A stretch of 62,522 nucleotides of DNA, filler included, from an uncultured archaeon (GTDB lineage: Archaea > Iainarchaeota > Iainarchaeia > Iainarchaeales > 1-14-0-10-31-34): the NCBI GenBank assembly GCA_964442255.1. It is 3 parts of 3 records of this genome, joined end to end, with 100 filler letters (N's around TTAATTAATTAA, not from the genome) between each part and the next. Parts side by side here need not be neighbours in the genome. Positions count along the whole stretch, not along the records: positions 1 to 22,939 come from CAYTYC010000023.1; positions 23,040 to 44,640 come from CAYTYC010000024.1; 1 more part is not named here. The stretch is one strand, 5' to 3'. A model generated the notes under the pieces. The model saw only the letters and a program-made list of their open reading frames with translations, did not search any database and had not been told where the DNA came from. The position numbers were made by a program, and so were the translations under genes. Below are positions 19,956 to 28,681 of the stretch, piece after piece; within the stretch, counting starts at the first letter, position 1, and each line of letters begins with the position of its first letter.

Positions 19956-20609
19956 ATGGCTGCGGAGAAAGATTTTCAGCTTTTAATGCTTATTGCAAAG
20001 AATTCTGAAAGAGGCTCCTTTACTTCGTCCACCCAAAAAATTTCGTTTTCCCTTGGCTATTCCCAGCAAACAGCCTCCAGAAAGCTCCGTGAACTCGAAA
20101 AAAAAGGATTAATTTCCCGGGAAGCCTCGCCAAAGGGAATGGTTTTGTCCCTCACCCCAAAAGGACGCGAATTACTGGAGTATGTTCACCTCCAGCTTTC
20201 TTCCTTGTTTGAAAAAAGCCCTGCACTGAAAAAACTCTCCGGCACAGTTGAATCTGGTTCGGGTGAAGGCGCTTACTACACTTCCCTTCCCCGGTACTCC
20301 AAGGCATTTAAGGGGCTGCTTGGAGAAGAGGTTTTTCCGGGAACCCTCAACATGCGGGTGAAACTTCCGGAGCTTAACGCTTTTTTGAACAGCCTGAAGC
20401 CGAAAAAAATTCATGCATTCAAAACAAAAACACGTGGCTTTGGCTCAACCGACTGCTTTCAAGTTAAAGTGAATTCACGCATTCCGGGGCTCATGGTTTT
20501 CCCCGAGCGCTCCCACCATCCCCGGGGCGTGGTGGAAATTGTTTCCCCTGTTTTTTTGAGAAAACGGCTTAAGCTTAGGGACGGAAGCAGGGTTTCCTTA
20601 AATTTTTGA
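19956..20609 (+). CDS. ribK: CTP-dependent riboflavin kinase with N-terminal wHTH (RbkR-type)
   Basis: SQQTASRKLRELEKKGLI HTH; GTVESGSGEGAYY, FPGTLN, PERSHH, LRKRLKLRDG. Confidence 0.92.
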   Translation: MAAEKDFQLLMLIAKNSERGSFTSSTQKISFSLGYSQQTASRKLRELEKKGLISREASPKGMVLSLTPKGRELLEYVHLQLSSLFEKSPALKKLSGTVESGSGEGAYYTSLPRYSKAFKGLLGEEVFPGTLNMRVKLPELNAFLNSLKPKKIHAFKTKTRGFGSTDCFQVKVNSRIPGLMVFPERSHHPRGVVEIVSPVFLRKRLKLRDGSRVSLNF

Positions 20610-22118
20610 GCCCGGCTTTTTTGGTTTCCCCAAAAACTTTAACCCGAAAAACAGCACAATTATTATCACAACCAACCCAAACAACAAAGCCATTAGCCCG
20701 CCCCTCACTCCGCTTGCCGTTTCCTCTCCTCCGGCTGTTCCCGGGCGGAAGACACCGCAGCTAAGCCATTTCGCGTTTTCACCGCATGTCCGGTCGCCTT
20801 CTTCTCCGCCCATGAAGCATGCTTCTTTTTCGCCCGGGCAACACTCCGGTTCACCGATTGTTTCGCATTTTCCGTAGGAAGTTCCGCAGGCATTGCATTC
20901 CTGTTCCGCTTCAACCGCAGGGCAGGGTTTTCCGTTGACTGTTGGAGTGCATTTCACTTTTGTTCCCGGGCTGCAAAGCTGCCCTGCTTCAGGGTCTTTT
21001 CTGCAGGCAGTGAAGCTTCCGTTTTCGCACACTTTTATTCCCCTGCATCCTTCCAGGGTAGTGCATTCCTGCTCTTCGCCTTCCTCGCACACAGCCTTCC
21101 TGTCAAAGCACACCGTGCGGTAGATTTCTCCCTCCGGGCCTGTTCCCGCGTAAACCGTTCCATCTTCCGCCCTGAACAAAAAATTCACTTTCAGCCCTTC
21201 CGGAAATCCGTCCATTTTGCTCCAGGTTGTCCCGTAATTTTTTGACCTGTAAATGCCCGCTCCTTTAACGCCTTGAACTGCCGCATACATTACCTCGTCT
21301 TCCCCTGCTGTAAGGGCCGTAACCTCTTTTTCCTCAAACAGGTAAACGGTTTCCCAGTTTTCAGCCTTGTTTTCCGTTTTGTACACCGCTCCCTTCCCTG
21401 AAATCGTGTCCCCCGCCACATAAACCGCGCCGTTCAGGTCCAGCAAGGCGTTTGCGTTTGCAAACCTTGAAATAATGCTTTTCTTTTTCCAGTTTATTGC
21501 GTCCGAAGAGGTGACAACCGCCCCGTGCGGGCCTGTTGCCGCGTAAACAAATCCGTCAACAGAAAGAAGGTCGTTCACCCTGTTTTGCGACTGGAAAGGG
21601 CTTATCCTCAGCCACGAGTGCCCGCTGTTTTCAGACCTGTAAACCTTGTTTTCCACTGCAACAAGGAAAACGTCGCTGTTTTTTTCCTCAAAATCGTTTA
21701 TTGTGTCAACCCCTCCGTCAAAAAGCGTGTAGGATTCAGTCCATTCCCCGCCCTCGTATTCAAAGATTTCCGCCGCGGGCTTTGTTCCTGCCATTAAAAC
21801 CCGTGAATTGTCCCTGGTGAATTCTTTGAGCGCGTAAACCCCTGAAGCGCTTTCAAATGCCCCTGAAAGGCTCCAGTCTTCTCCGTTTTCGGAGAAAAAA
21901 ACTTCCCCGTGCAGTGTGCCTGCCCCGGCATAAAATCCTTCAGCCGTTTCCTCCATGCTTAATGCGGACCCGTGCCCCGGAATTTTCCCTGCCTTTTCCC
22001 ATCTTTCGTCCGCGCACCCGGCTTCCACCAAATCAATTCTCAGCAAATCCATGTGGATTGAATTTGCGCCGCCCAAAAGCGCAATAAAGAAAACCGAAAA
22101 AGCCAGCCAGTTTTTCAT
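20598..22118 (-). CDS. Secreted beta-propeller (Asp-box/BNR-like) protein with Cys-rich stalk and C-terminal membrane anchor
   Basis: Signal peptide; repeats FSENGEDW, RSENSGHSW, SSDAINW, RSKNYGTTW; Cys-rich segment; C-terminal TM plus basic tail. Confidence 0.8.
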   Translation of the reverse strand: MKNWLAFSVFFIALLGGANSIHMDLLRIDLVEAGCADERWEKAGKIPGHGSALSMEETAEGFYAGAGTLHGEVFFSENGEDWSLSGAFESASGVYALKEFTRDNSRVLMAGTKPAAEIFEYEGGEWTESYTLFDGGVDTINDFEEKNSDVFLVAVENKVYRSENSGHSWLRISPFQSQNRVNDLLSVDGFVYAATGPHGAVVTSSDAINWKKKSIISRFANANALLDLNGAVYVAGDTISGKGAVYKTENKAENWETVYLFEEKEVTALTAGEDEVMYAAVQGVKGAGIYRSKNYGTTWSKMDGFPEGLKVNFLFRAEDGTVYAGTGPEGEIYRTVCFDRKAVCEEGEEQECTTLEGCRGIKVCENGSFTACRKDPEAGQLCSPGTKVKCTPTVNGKPCPAVEAEQECNACGTSYGKCETIGEPECCPGEKEACFMGGEEGDRTCGENAKWLSCGVFRPGTAGGEETASGVRGGLMALLFGLVVIIIVLFFGLKFLGKPKKPGSKI

Positions 22119-22280
22119 GGGATTCCTTTATCATTAGGTTTCCTGTATTTAAATAGTTTTCTGGGCCTCCTGCCCCGGGGTTCCTTAAAAAAAAGTGTGC
22201 CATGAAAAGCCGGAGTAATTATTTAAATTGTTTTATCTTCTGTTTTACCGGTTCATTCTGCCTGTGCGGGGTTTTCTTTA

Positions 22281-22838
22281 ATGTGGAAAAAGGCTGCGTT
22301 TTTTTTTCTGTTCATCGCGTTTCTTGGGCTTTCTTCCGCGCAGACGAACTTCGCCTATGTCGGGGCTGAAGGTTTTGCTGGTTCTTCCCCATCGCCTTAC
22401 CTTTCCCTTAAAAACCTGGTTGTCCCGATGCTTGCCGCGCCCATGGCGCTTGCGGTTGTGCTGGTTTTCTTTTATTTCAGGGGAAACTTTTCAGGTTTTT
22501 TTTCTTCCCCGAAAAAGCCTTTTTCCCCGCCGCCAGCATCAGGGAACGGGTTTTTTTCCAGAACCCGGCCGGAAATTAAACCTGAATCCGGCCCAAAACC
22601 TGAATCCGGCCCAAAACCTGAATCCGGCCCAAAACCCGAATCCGGTCCAAAACCCGAATCCGGTCCAAAACCCGAATCCGGCCCAAAACCTGAATCCGGC
22701 CCAAAACCTGAATCCGGTCCAAAACCCGAATCCGGTCCAAAACCCGAACCAAAACAATTTAAAGAAGTTAAACCCAAAGAAATTGGGTTCATTAAAAAAA
22801 AGCGGGGCCTCTGGGACAGGCTGCTGGGAATAAAGTGA
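22281..22838 (+). CDS. Hypothetical membrane protein with (PESGPK)9 repeat
   Basis: Signal peptide, one TM helix, 9 hexapeptide repeats; TTTAAA TATA-like box upstream. Confidence 0.7.
   Translation: MWKKAAFFFLFIAFLGLSSAQTNFAYVGAEGFAGSSPSPYLSLKNLVVPMLAAPMALAVVLVFFYFRGNFSGFFSSPKKPFSPPPASGNGFFSRTRPEIKPESGPKPESGPKPESGPKPESGPKPESGPKPESGPKPESGPKPESGPKPESGPKPEPKQFKEVKPKEIGFIKKKRGLWDRLLGIK
22581..22742 (+). repeat. 18-bp tandem repeat x9
   Basis: CCYGAATCCGGYCCAAAA; variation only at synonymous positions in the PESGPK frame. Confidence 0.97.
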
Positions 22839-22939
22839 AAAACTTTTAGGAAAAGTTTTATCAAAAAATGTTTCGCATAAAAATTTTTAGGAAAAGTTTT
22901 ATCAAAAAATGTTTCGCATAAAAATTTTTAGGAAAAGTT
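22839..22939. repeat. ~40-bp AT-rich tandem repeat running into an assembly gap
   Basis: TTTTAGGAAAAGTTTTATCAAAAAATGTTTCGCATAAAA, 2 copies plus the start of a third. Confidence 0.85.
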
Positions 22940-23039
22940 NNNNNNNNNNNNNNNNNNNNNNNNNNNNNNNNNNNNNNNNNNNNTTAATTAATTAANNNNN
23001 NNNNNNNNNNNNNNNNNNNNNNNNNNNNNNNNNNNNNNN
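22940..23039. other. Assembly gap with artificial TTAATTAATTAA linker
   Basis: N run with a stop-in-all-frames linker at 22984-22995. Confidence 0.97.
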
Positions 23040-23173
23040 GCGGCCCTTTTTAATCAAACTTTTTGGAAAAAAGTTTTTTGGCGAAGCAATCCGCAAACCG
23101 CTGCCTAAAGGCAGCGGATTTCTTTGGGTTGTTAATGACCGGAAAACCTATTTAAACCCTAAAAGCCTACTTA

Positions 23174-24127
23174 ATGGGTATGGCAATGGAATTGTGGTTT
23201 AACGGGCTGGTTTTGCTGGTTTCACTCGCTTTGCTGGCAAAGTCAAGCCACATTGTATTGAAGTCAAGCATTAAGCTGGCAAAATACTTTCACATAGGGG
23301 AGTTTGCGGCGGGATTTATTTTGATTGCGGTCGCGACCTCTTTGCCTGAACTGGCCGTAACGGTTATGGCGGGGGCAAAGGGGACCGGCGACATTATTGT
23401 GGGAAACGTTTTCGGCTCAAACATCATAAACATTTTATTGGTTCTTGGGCTTGGGGCAGTTCTGGGGACAATCAGGGTAAGGCAGAAAACATTGGTGGAC
23501 AACGCGGAAATACTTTTGTTCATTACCCTGATTCCGGTCATTCTTTTGTGGAAGGAAAGCATTGCGTTCACCGGCGGAATGGTTCTTGTTTTAATGTTCG
23601 GGCTTTACGCTTTTTTTGTGGTCAAACAGGAAACATCGCTGAAAATAGTGGAGCACATAAGGGCCTACAACAAGTTAAAAGAGCTCATAATTTTTGGGCT
23701 TGCGATGAGCCTGCTTTTGCTTAGCGCAAGGTTTTTGGTGGAGTCAGCGGTGGAAATCGCTTCGGGATTGAATGTGCCTAACGCGATAATCGGGCTTACA
23801 GTCGTTGCGTTCGGAACCTCAATGCCTGAGCTGGCGATTGAAATAAACGCGGTAATGAAACGGAAGGCGGCACTTGCGTTGGGGGAAATTCTGGGAAGCT
23901 GTGTTGTGAACCTTTCACTGATTCTCGGGGTTGGGGCAATGCTCACTGAACTTACAATTGACACTGTTGTGTTCCAGACTTCAACCTTTTTCCTGATTCT
24001 TTCAACAGTCCTGCTCACATACGTTTTGTTCAAATTTAAAAGCATTCCAAAGCTTTACGGTTTGGGTTTTATTTTGGTTTACGTTGTTTTCTTGTTTGCA
24101 GAAATAGGCGTGATTTCGCTTTTCTGA
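23174..24127 (+). CDS. Ca2+/Na+ antiporter (CaCA, YrbG-like)
   Basis: Two alpha repeats ATSLPEL...GNVFGSNIIN and GTSMPEL...GEILGSCVVN; about 10 TM helices. Confidence 0.92.
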   Translation: MGMAMELWFNGLVLLVSLALLAKSSHIVLKSSIKLAKYFHIGEFAAGFILIAVATSLPELAVTVMAGAKGTGDIIVGNVFGSNIINILLVLGLGAVLGTIRVRQKTLVDNAEILLFITLIPVILLWKESIAFTGGMVLVLMFGLYAFFVVKQETSLKIVEHIRAYNKLKELIIFGLAMSLLLLSARFLVESAVEIASGLNVPNAIIGLTVVAFGTSMPELAIEINAVMKRKAALALGEILGSCVVNLSLILGVGAMLTELTIDTVVFQTSTFFLILSTVLLTYVLFKFKSIPKLYGLGFILVYVVFLFAEIGVISLF

Positions 24128-24531
24128 CAGCCAATCACGGACTGGACTCCGCTCACCACATTCAGGTTCCTGGCTTTCTTGAAAGCGGTTTTCCGGGAAA
24201 CAATGTAGTTTTTGCCTGTTTTGTTGAATTGGTCAGGAGTCAAAAAAAACCAGCCCTTCAAGGGAATCTTCCATGCAATGAACACGTCAATTCCCGCCCT
24301 TTTTCCCCACGCGGAAAGCTCTTCAACCTGTTCAATCGGAATGGCTAAATGAGAGGCCTTCCATGCCTTGCATTCAATTGCCAAAGTTTTTCCTTCCTTC
24401 AAGGCAAGGATGTCCGGGGCAGGCAAGGCGGTTTTTCCGCTGCCCGCAACCCTTACAACCGAGAAACCCAAATCAAAGAACAGCCTGATTAATTCCCTTT
24501 CCGCGTTTGCCCCTTTCCTGTAGCGCGCCAT
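24079..24531 (-). CDS. hjc: Holliday junction resolvase Hjc
   Basis: YRKGANAERELI...VRVAGSG...PDILA...IECK (PD-(D/E)xK). Confidence 0.95.
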   Translation of the reverse strand: MARYRKGANAERELIRLFFDLGFSVVRVAGSGKTALPAPDILALKEGKTLAIECKAWKASHLAIPIEQVEELSAWGKRAGIDVFIAWKIPLKGWFFLTPDQFNKTGKNYIVSRKTAFKKARNLNVVSGVQSVIGCQKSEITPISANKKTT

Positions 24532-24660
24532 CCAAATCCAAAAAAAATTGTGGGAGGAAATTGATTTAAACGAAGGTTAAATGAAGTCAACGCGAAGCTT
24601 TTTTCTGATGGCTTCAACCGACTTTACCCTGTCCAGGGGAAGGCCACTCAAGTTCTTGGA

Positions 24661-25032
24661 CTAATTTTCCCTCAGCCTGGGCTCAATCCGCGCCAAAACT
24701 GTTTCCTGTTCGGTTTCCGGAAACCCTTTTTTGCTTTCCCTGACCTCATAAAAGTAAAGGAGAGCGCGCCTGGCGCGCAGCTCGTACAAAACCCGGGGAT
24801 AGGCTGCGTGGGTAATGGCCTTTGAATCGTAAAGCCCGGCTTCAATCAGCTTCAAAAAATAGGGTTTATCGCATTTTTGGAGGGAATCCTGCAGGAACCG
24901 CAGTTCTTTTATCAACCATGTTTTGGGCGAAATTTTTTTAGCCTCAGGCCAGTCTAAGGCGGTTTTCGTAATTTTTGGCTTTTCCCCCGGAAGCCTCTTT
25001 CTTCTTGGCCGGGTTCCCCTTTTTGCGGGCAT
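24661..25032 (-). CDS. Hypothetical protein with Arg/Lys/Pro-rich N-terminus (orphan)
   Basis: ATG 25032 MPAKRGTRPRRKRLPGEKPK; AAAGTATATTA BRE/TATA-like box upstream on the minus strand. Confidence 0.6.
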   Translation of the reverse strand: MPAKRGTRPRRKRLPGEKPKITKTALDWPEAKKISPKTWLIKELRFLQDSLQKCDKPYFLKLIEAGLYDSKAITHAAYPRVLYELRARRALLYFYEVRESKKGFPETEQETVLARIEPRLREN

Positions 25033-25162
25033 TACTTTCACGTTCTTAAACCAACAGTAACCTTAATATACTTTTGTCCTTTAAAATCTTTTAATTGGGG
25101 CAAATTGAATTTGCTTGCAAAAAATTGGTTTTAAAAAAAAATTGAGTTTTTTTTTAGTTTTG

Positions 25163-25444
25163 ATGGACTCGAAAGGAGTTGTTTTAAGCATTCAGGTTGT
25201 GCCTCACTCCGGAAAATTCGGGGTTGCGGGCTGGGATGAATGGAAAAAATCCCTGAAAATACGGGTCAAGGCAAAGGCTCAAAAAAACTTGGCCAACAGG
25301 GAAGTTGAAGAAAAATTAGGCGGAATGCTTGCAACGGAAGTAAAGGTTTTAAAGGGACTGAAGTCAGGGAAAAAAGAAATCCTGGTGAAGGGTTTTACTT
25401 TGGCTGAATTAAAGGAAAAAATCCAATTTAATGCCGCAAAATAA
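25163..25444 (+). CDS. DUF167 (YggU/UPF0235) family protein
   Basis: LSIQVVPHS...LKIRVKAKAQKNLANREV...VLKGLKSGKK. Confidence 0.85.
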   Translation: MDSKGVVLSIQVVPHSGKFGVAGWDEWKKSLKIRVKAKAQKNLANREVEEKLGGMLATEVKVLKGLKSGKKEILVKGFTLAELKEKIQFNAAK

Positions 25445-25500
25445 TTTTGCCCTGATTTTTTGCCTGAAAAAAAAGGCATAAAAAAAGAAGGTGATTTAAT

Positions 25501-27000
25501 TTGGCTAAAACATACGTTAACGCCGTGAAATACAACATCAGGCAGCACTTTAAAATCAAGGGAATAGTGGACAAGCCCGACATAGTCGGCGCTGTGTTCG
25601 GGCAAAGCGAAGGATTGGTTGGAGAGGACCTGGACTTAAGGGAACTCCAAAAAAACGGAAAAATCGGGAGAATTGAAATAGACTACAAGTCCTCCATGGG
25701 GCAAACCCGCGGAACCCTTGTTATCCCGAGTTCCCTGGACATGGTTCAGACTTCCTTGCTTGCGGCCGCAATTGAGTCAATTGACAAGGTCGGACCGTGC
25801 GAAGCAAAGTTTGAGACCACGCAAATAGAGGACAACCGAACGCAAAAAAGGCAGGTCATAACCGAAAGGGCAAAAGAACTGCTGAAAAAATTTCAGGCAG
25901 AGGAAATCCCCGAGTCAAGCGCCCTCGCGGAACAAATCCGCGGAATCACAAGGAAAGCGGAAATAATTGAGTTCGGCAGGGAAAAGCTGCCAGCCGGCCC
26001 TGACGTGGAAAAAGAGGACAAAATAATTTTGGTTGAAGGAAGGGCGGATGTGTTAAACCTTTTAAAGCACGGAATAGGCAACGCAATAGGTTTCGGCGGA
26101 ACAAACGTCGCGCAAACAGCTGTTGACTTGTGCAAGAAAAAAAAATGCGTTGTGTTCGTGGACGGCGACAGGGGCGGAGACCTGAACGCAAGAAAGCTCC
26201 AGCAAATAACCAAAATTGAAGGCGTTGTGAAGGCGCCGGACGGAAAAGAAGTTGAAGACCTTGAAGGAAAAGAAATTTTTTCCGCTTTAAGGAAAGAAAG
26301 GGAATTCATTCCCTTTGCGCGGGAAACAAAGGAATTTGAAAAACCTTTCCAAAGGGGCTCGCGTTATTCCGGTTCAAGGGAATATTCTTCAGGAAGGGAT
26401 TCCGGGAGAAGCTATTCTTCCGGAAACCAGGGAAGAGGATATTCCTCCGGCAGGGAAAGAAGCTATTCCGGTTCCGGAAGGGGGTCTTACGGTGATTCTG
26501 GAAGAAGCCCTTACAGCGGTTCAGGGCGAAGCACAAGCTCGCGTTCCTTCAGCGGAAGAAGCGGTTACCCCCAAAGAAGGGATTCACGGGGCTCAAGGGA
26601 CTCTTACAGGGGAAACGGAAGGGGCTACCCTTCACGCGGAGCCTATCCTGGAAGGGAAGGCTTTTCCCAAAGGGAAACAACTTCTTCCCCGCCCAAAACC
26701 ATTCAGGTGAGCGCGGAAGACAAGGCACAGTTTGAGCCAATCATAAAGGAATTAAAGGGCTCGCTGGAGGCAATTCTGTTTGATGGTTCCGGAAAAGAAA
26801 TTAAAAGAGTCAAGGTGAGAAACCTTTTGAAGGATTTGGAGGGAATAAAGGGAGTGCATTCCATAGTGTTTGACGGAATCATAACCAAACGCCTTTTGGA
26901 GGAAGCAAAAAAGCACGGAGTAAAGGCTTTGGTTGGAGTGAAAATAGGCAGAATAAGCGAAGACGAAAAAGACGTCAAACTCATTGAAATAAGGGCGTAA
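25501..27000 (+). CDS. dnaG: Archaeal DnaG (TOPRIM, exosome-associated) with an R/S/G/Y-rich insertion
   Basis: DIVGAVFGQSEGL..DLRELQKNGKIGRI, LVEGRADV, DGDRGG, FDGIITKRL; TTG start after GAAGGTGA. Confidence 0.96.
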   Translation: MAKTYVNAVKYNIRQHFKIKGIVDKPDIVGAVFGQSEGLVGEDLDLRELQKNGKIGRIEIDYKSSMGQTRGTLVIPSSLDMVQTSLLAAAIESIDKVGPCEAKFETTQIEDNRTQKRQVITERAKELLKKFQAEEIPESSALAEQIRGITRKAEIIEFGREKLPAGPDVEKEDKIILVEGRADVLNLLKHGIGNAIGFGGTNVAQTAVDLCKKKKCVVFVDGDRGGDLNARKLQQITKIEGVVKAPDGKEVEDLEGKEIFSALRKEREFIPFARETKEFEKPFQRGSRYSGSREYSSGRDSGRSYSSGNQGRGYSSGRERSYSGSGRGSYGDSGRSPYSGSGRSTSSRSFSGRSGYPQRRDSRGSRDSYRGNGRGYPSRGAYPGREGFSQRETTSSPPKTIQVSAEDKAQFEPIIKELKGSLEAILFDGSGKEIKRVKVRNLLKDLEGIKGVHSIVFDGIITKRLLEEAKKHGVKALVGVKIGRISEDEKDVKLIEIRA

Positions 27001-27012
27001 AAAAAACGCCTT

Positions 27013-27118
27013 TAAATTGCGGCGGGTTAAAAGCCCGCCGGGTTTTTTTTCCCGTAAACGGCCTGACGGAAACAATTCATTCGCCCGGTAAAATGGATGG
27101 GTTTCCCTGAAGGGGTTT
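27013..27118 (+). repeat. ~105-bp dispersed structured element, copy B (likely bidirectional terminator)
   Basis: CGGCGGGTTAAAAGCCCGCCG hairpin plus T-run, TTCCCGTAAACGGCCTG core; fills the gap between convergent genes. Confidence 0.7.
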
Positions 27119-27120
27119 TT

Positions 27121-27585
27121 TTACTTTTTCTTTTTTCGGGGCTTTGCAGTGGTTTGCTCAATTGGCACCATTAAATTGCCTGTGCTGTAAGCCACCAGTC
27201 CCACCAAAAAAATCATTGCCCAGAAGAAGACTCCGGCTATCGGCCCAAGCAAGGCGTTCCAGGTCTGGCGCGTGGAAATCTCCCCCTGGTTGCCGTGCAA
27301 CATTACGCCCGTGACCTCGTAAAACGAGTTTCTGCACTGGTTGAACTTCATTTGCGCGAGCTGTTTTTGCTCCAGCAAAAGGCTTGGAAGGGTTTGGTCT
27401 TCAATTAAAGAGTTTGCTTCAGCAACGCATTCAGGGTACTCCTTTATTGCGTCCCAGGAATCAAACATTCCTGCTCCGGCCTTCATAAACATAAGCAAAG
27501 AAAAAATTAAGAGGAATGCACCAATCATTTTCGGCAGGTGCACGTCCTTTGAGCCAAAACGATAGTAAATGATTCTTTTAACCAT
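27121..27585 (-). CDS. Hypothetical membrane protein (2 TM)
   Basis: 154-aa ORF with two hydrophobic segments, a loop with a Cys pair and a basic tail. Confidence 0.75.
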   Translation of the reverse strand: MVKRIIYYRFGSKDVHLPKMIGAFLLIFSLLMFMKAGAGMFDSWDAIKEYPECVAEANSLIEDQTLPSLLLEQKQLAQMKFNQCRNSFYEVTGVMLHGNQGEISTRQTWNALLGPIAGVFFWAMIFLVGLVAYSTGNLMVPIEQTTAKPRKKKK

Positions 27586-27739
27586 TCAAACGCCCATTCA
27601 ATTACGCTTAAAGAATATTTAAAGGTTGCGATTGAAAGTTTTTTAGGCAAAGCCTTCGGCGAAGCCAAGATTTTGATGAAACTTTTTTGAAAAGTTTCCG
27701 GCAAAGCCGCTGGCGAAGCCATTCAAGCAAGTGAGTAGT

Positions 27740-27885
27740 GTGCTCCGGAAGGGAGGCATCATAATCCGAAAGGGAGGTATCGGAACCAGATGTTCTGATT
27801 TCCCGGAGGGCAATGGAGGTATCGTGCTCCGGAAGGGAGGCATCATAATCCGAAAGGGAGGTATCGGAACCGCAGGTTCTGATTT
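27740..27885. repeat. 84-bp direct repeat built from 21-bp GGAGG-containing subunits
   Basis: GTGCTCCGGAAGGGAGGCATCATAATCCGAAAGGGAGGTATCGGAACC at 27740 and 27824. Confidence 0.85.
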
Positions 27886-27971
27886 TTGATCAAACTTTTT
27901 GGAAAAAAGTTTTTTGGCGAAGCAATCCGCCGAAGGCGGAGTTTTTGATCAAACTTTTTGGAAAAAAGTTT

Positions 27972-28044
27972 GGGCCCGTGGTCTAGTGGTTAGGACGACA
28001 CCCTTACACGGTGTAGGCCGCCGGTTCGATCCCGGCCGGGCCCA
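27972..28044 (+). tRNA. tRNA-Val(TAC)
   Basis: GGGCCCG/CGGGCCC acceptor stem, ACACC-CTTACAC-GGTGT anticodon arm, GGTTCGATCCC T-arm; no encoded CCA. Confidence 0.97.
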
Positions 28045-28045
28045 C

Positions 28046-28151
28046 TTGCCGGCTGTTCCCGGCAGTGGAATCCCGCCTGCTCGCGGGAATGGAACGTGCC
28101 ATACTTTGTATGGCACTTTCTCCGCATGGAACTTGCTCGCTGCGCTCGCAT
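28046..28151 (+). repeat. tRNA-trailer hairpin unit
   Basis: First 72 nt align ungapped to 31100-31171 with 11 mismatches; three hairpins. Confidence 0.8.
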
Positions 28152-28196
28152 AGTGTTTTTACCAAAAAAAAAAGTTGCCAGAAAAGATTAGCTTGA

Positions 28197-28625
28197 TTAG
28201 TTTTGTCGGGCATACCAGAGCCAGCACTCAGTGCAGTCCATTTTGCAGTCATAAGTGCAAGCTATTTCTTTTACGCCAATAAAGTCATCCAATTCAGGAT
28301 CACATGGCTGGCAGTCCTTTGAGCCATCAGGAAAGGGGCTGTAAAATGGGTCTTCAATTGTGCTGTAAGTGCACCCCCCGTCCTGCCATTTCCAGCAGTC
28401 GCAGAACTCGCCTTCATCTATTGCCCCGTCCCCGCACGCGGGAAAGCCCAGGCCTTTTTTCAGGGTTTGAAGTGAGCCGAAGTTTTTTTCTTCGGCTGCT
28501 TCGGCAGCAAGCCCTGCAGGGGACGCAGTTCCTCCGAGGAAAACAAGGGCAACGGCGGAAAGCATTGTGACCCCGCCTATAAGGAGAAGGAGCTCGATTA
28601 CGCCCTGTGCTTTTTCGGAGTGCAT
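28197..28625 (-). CDS. Class III signal peptide (pilin-like) protein with Cys-rich C-terminus
   Basis: MHSEKAQGVIELLLLIGG prepilin-type N-terminus; CGDGAIDEGEFCD resembles the DUF4215/myxobacterial Cys-rich repeat. Confidence 0.75.
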   Translation of the reverse strand: MHSEKAQGVIELLLLIGGVTMLSAVALVFLGGTASPAGLAAEAAEEKNFGSLQTLKKGLGFPACGDGAIDEGEFCDCWKWQDGGCTYSTIEDPFYSPFPDGSKDCQPCDPELDDFIGVKEIACTYDCKMDCTECWLWYARQN

Positions 28626-28681
28626 GCAATAGATATATGCGGCGGAATATTTAAATAGTTCAATTCCCTATTTTCCGGGAA

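Noticed and set aside
22839..22939. AT-rich tandem repeats here and at 46795-46882 as CRISPR
   Set aside because: Head-to-tail units with no unique spacers.
22984..22995. TTAATTAATTAA palindrome inside N runs (also 44685-44696)
   Set aside because: Artificial scaffolding linker with stops in all frames; adjacency across these gaps is unverified.
27640..27971. Replication origin
   Set aside because: No canonical ORB motif and no adjacent orc1/cdc6; cannot be supported from this window.
27899..28252. Short ORFs overlapping tRNAs (also 30209-30481 and 30796-31008)
   Set aside because: They overlap clear tRNA genes and trailer repeats and show no protein features.
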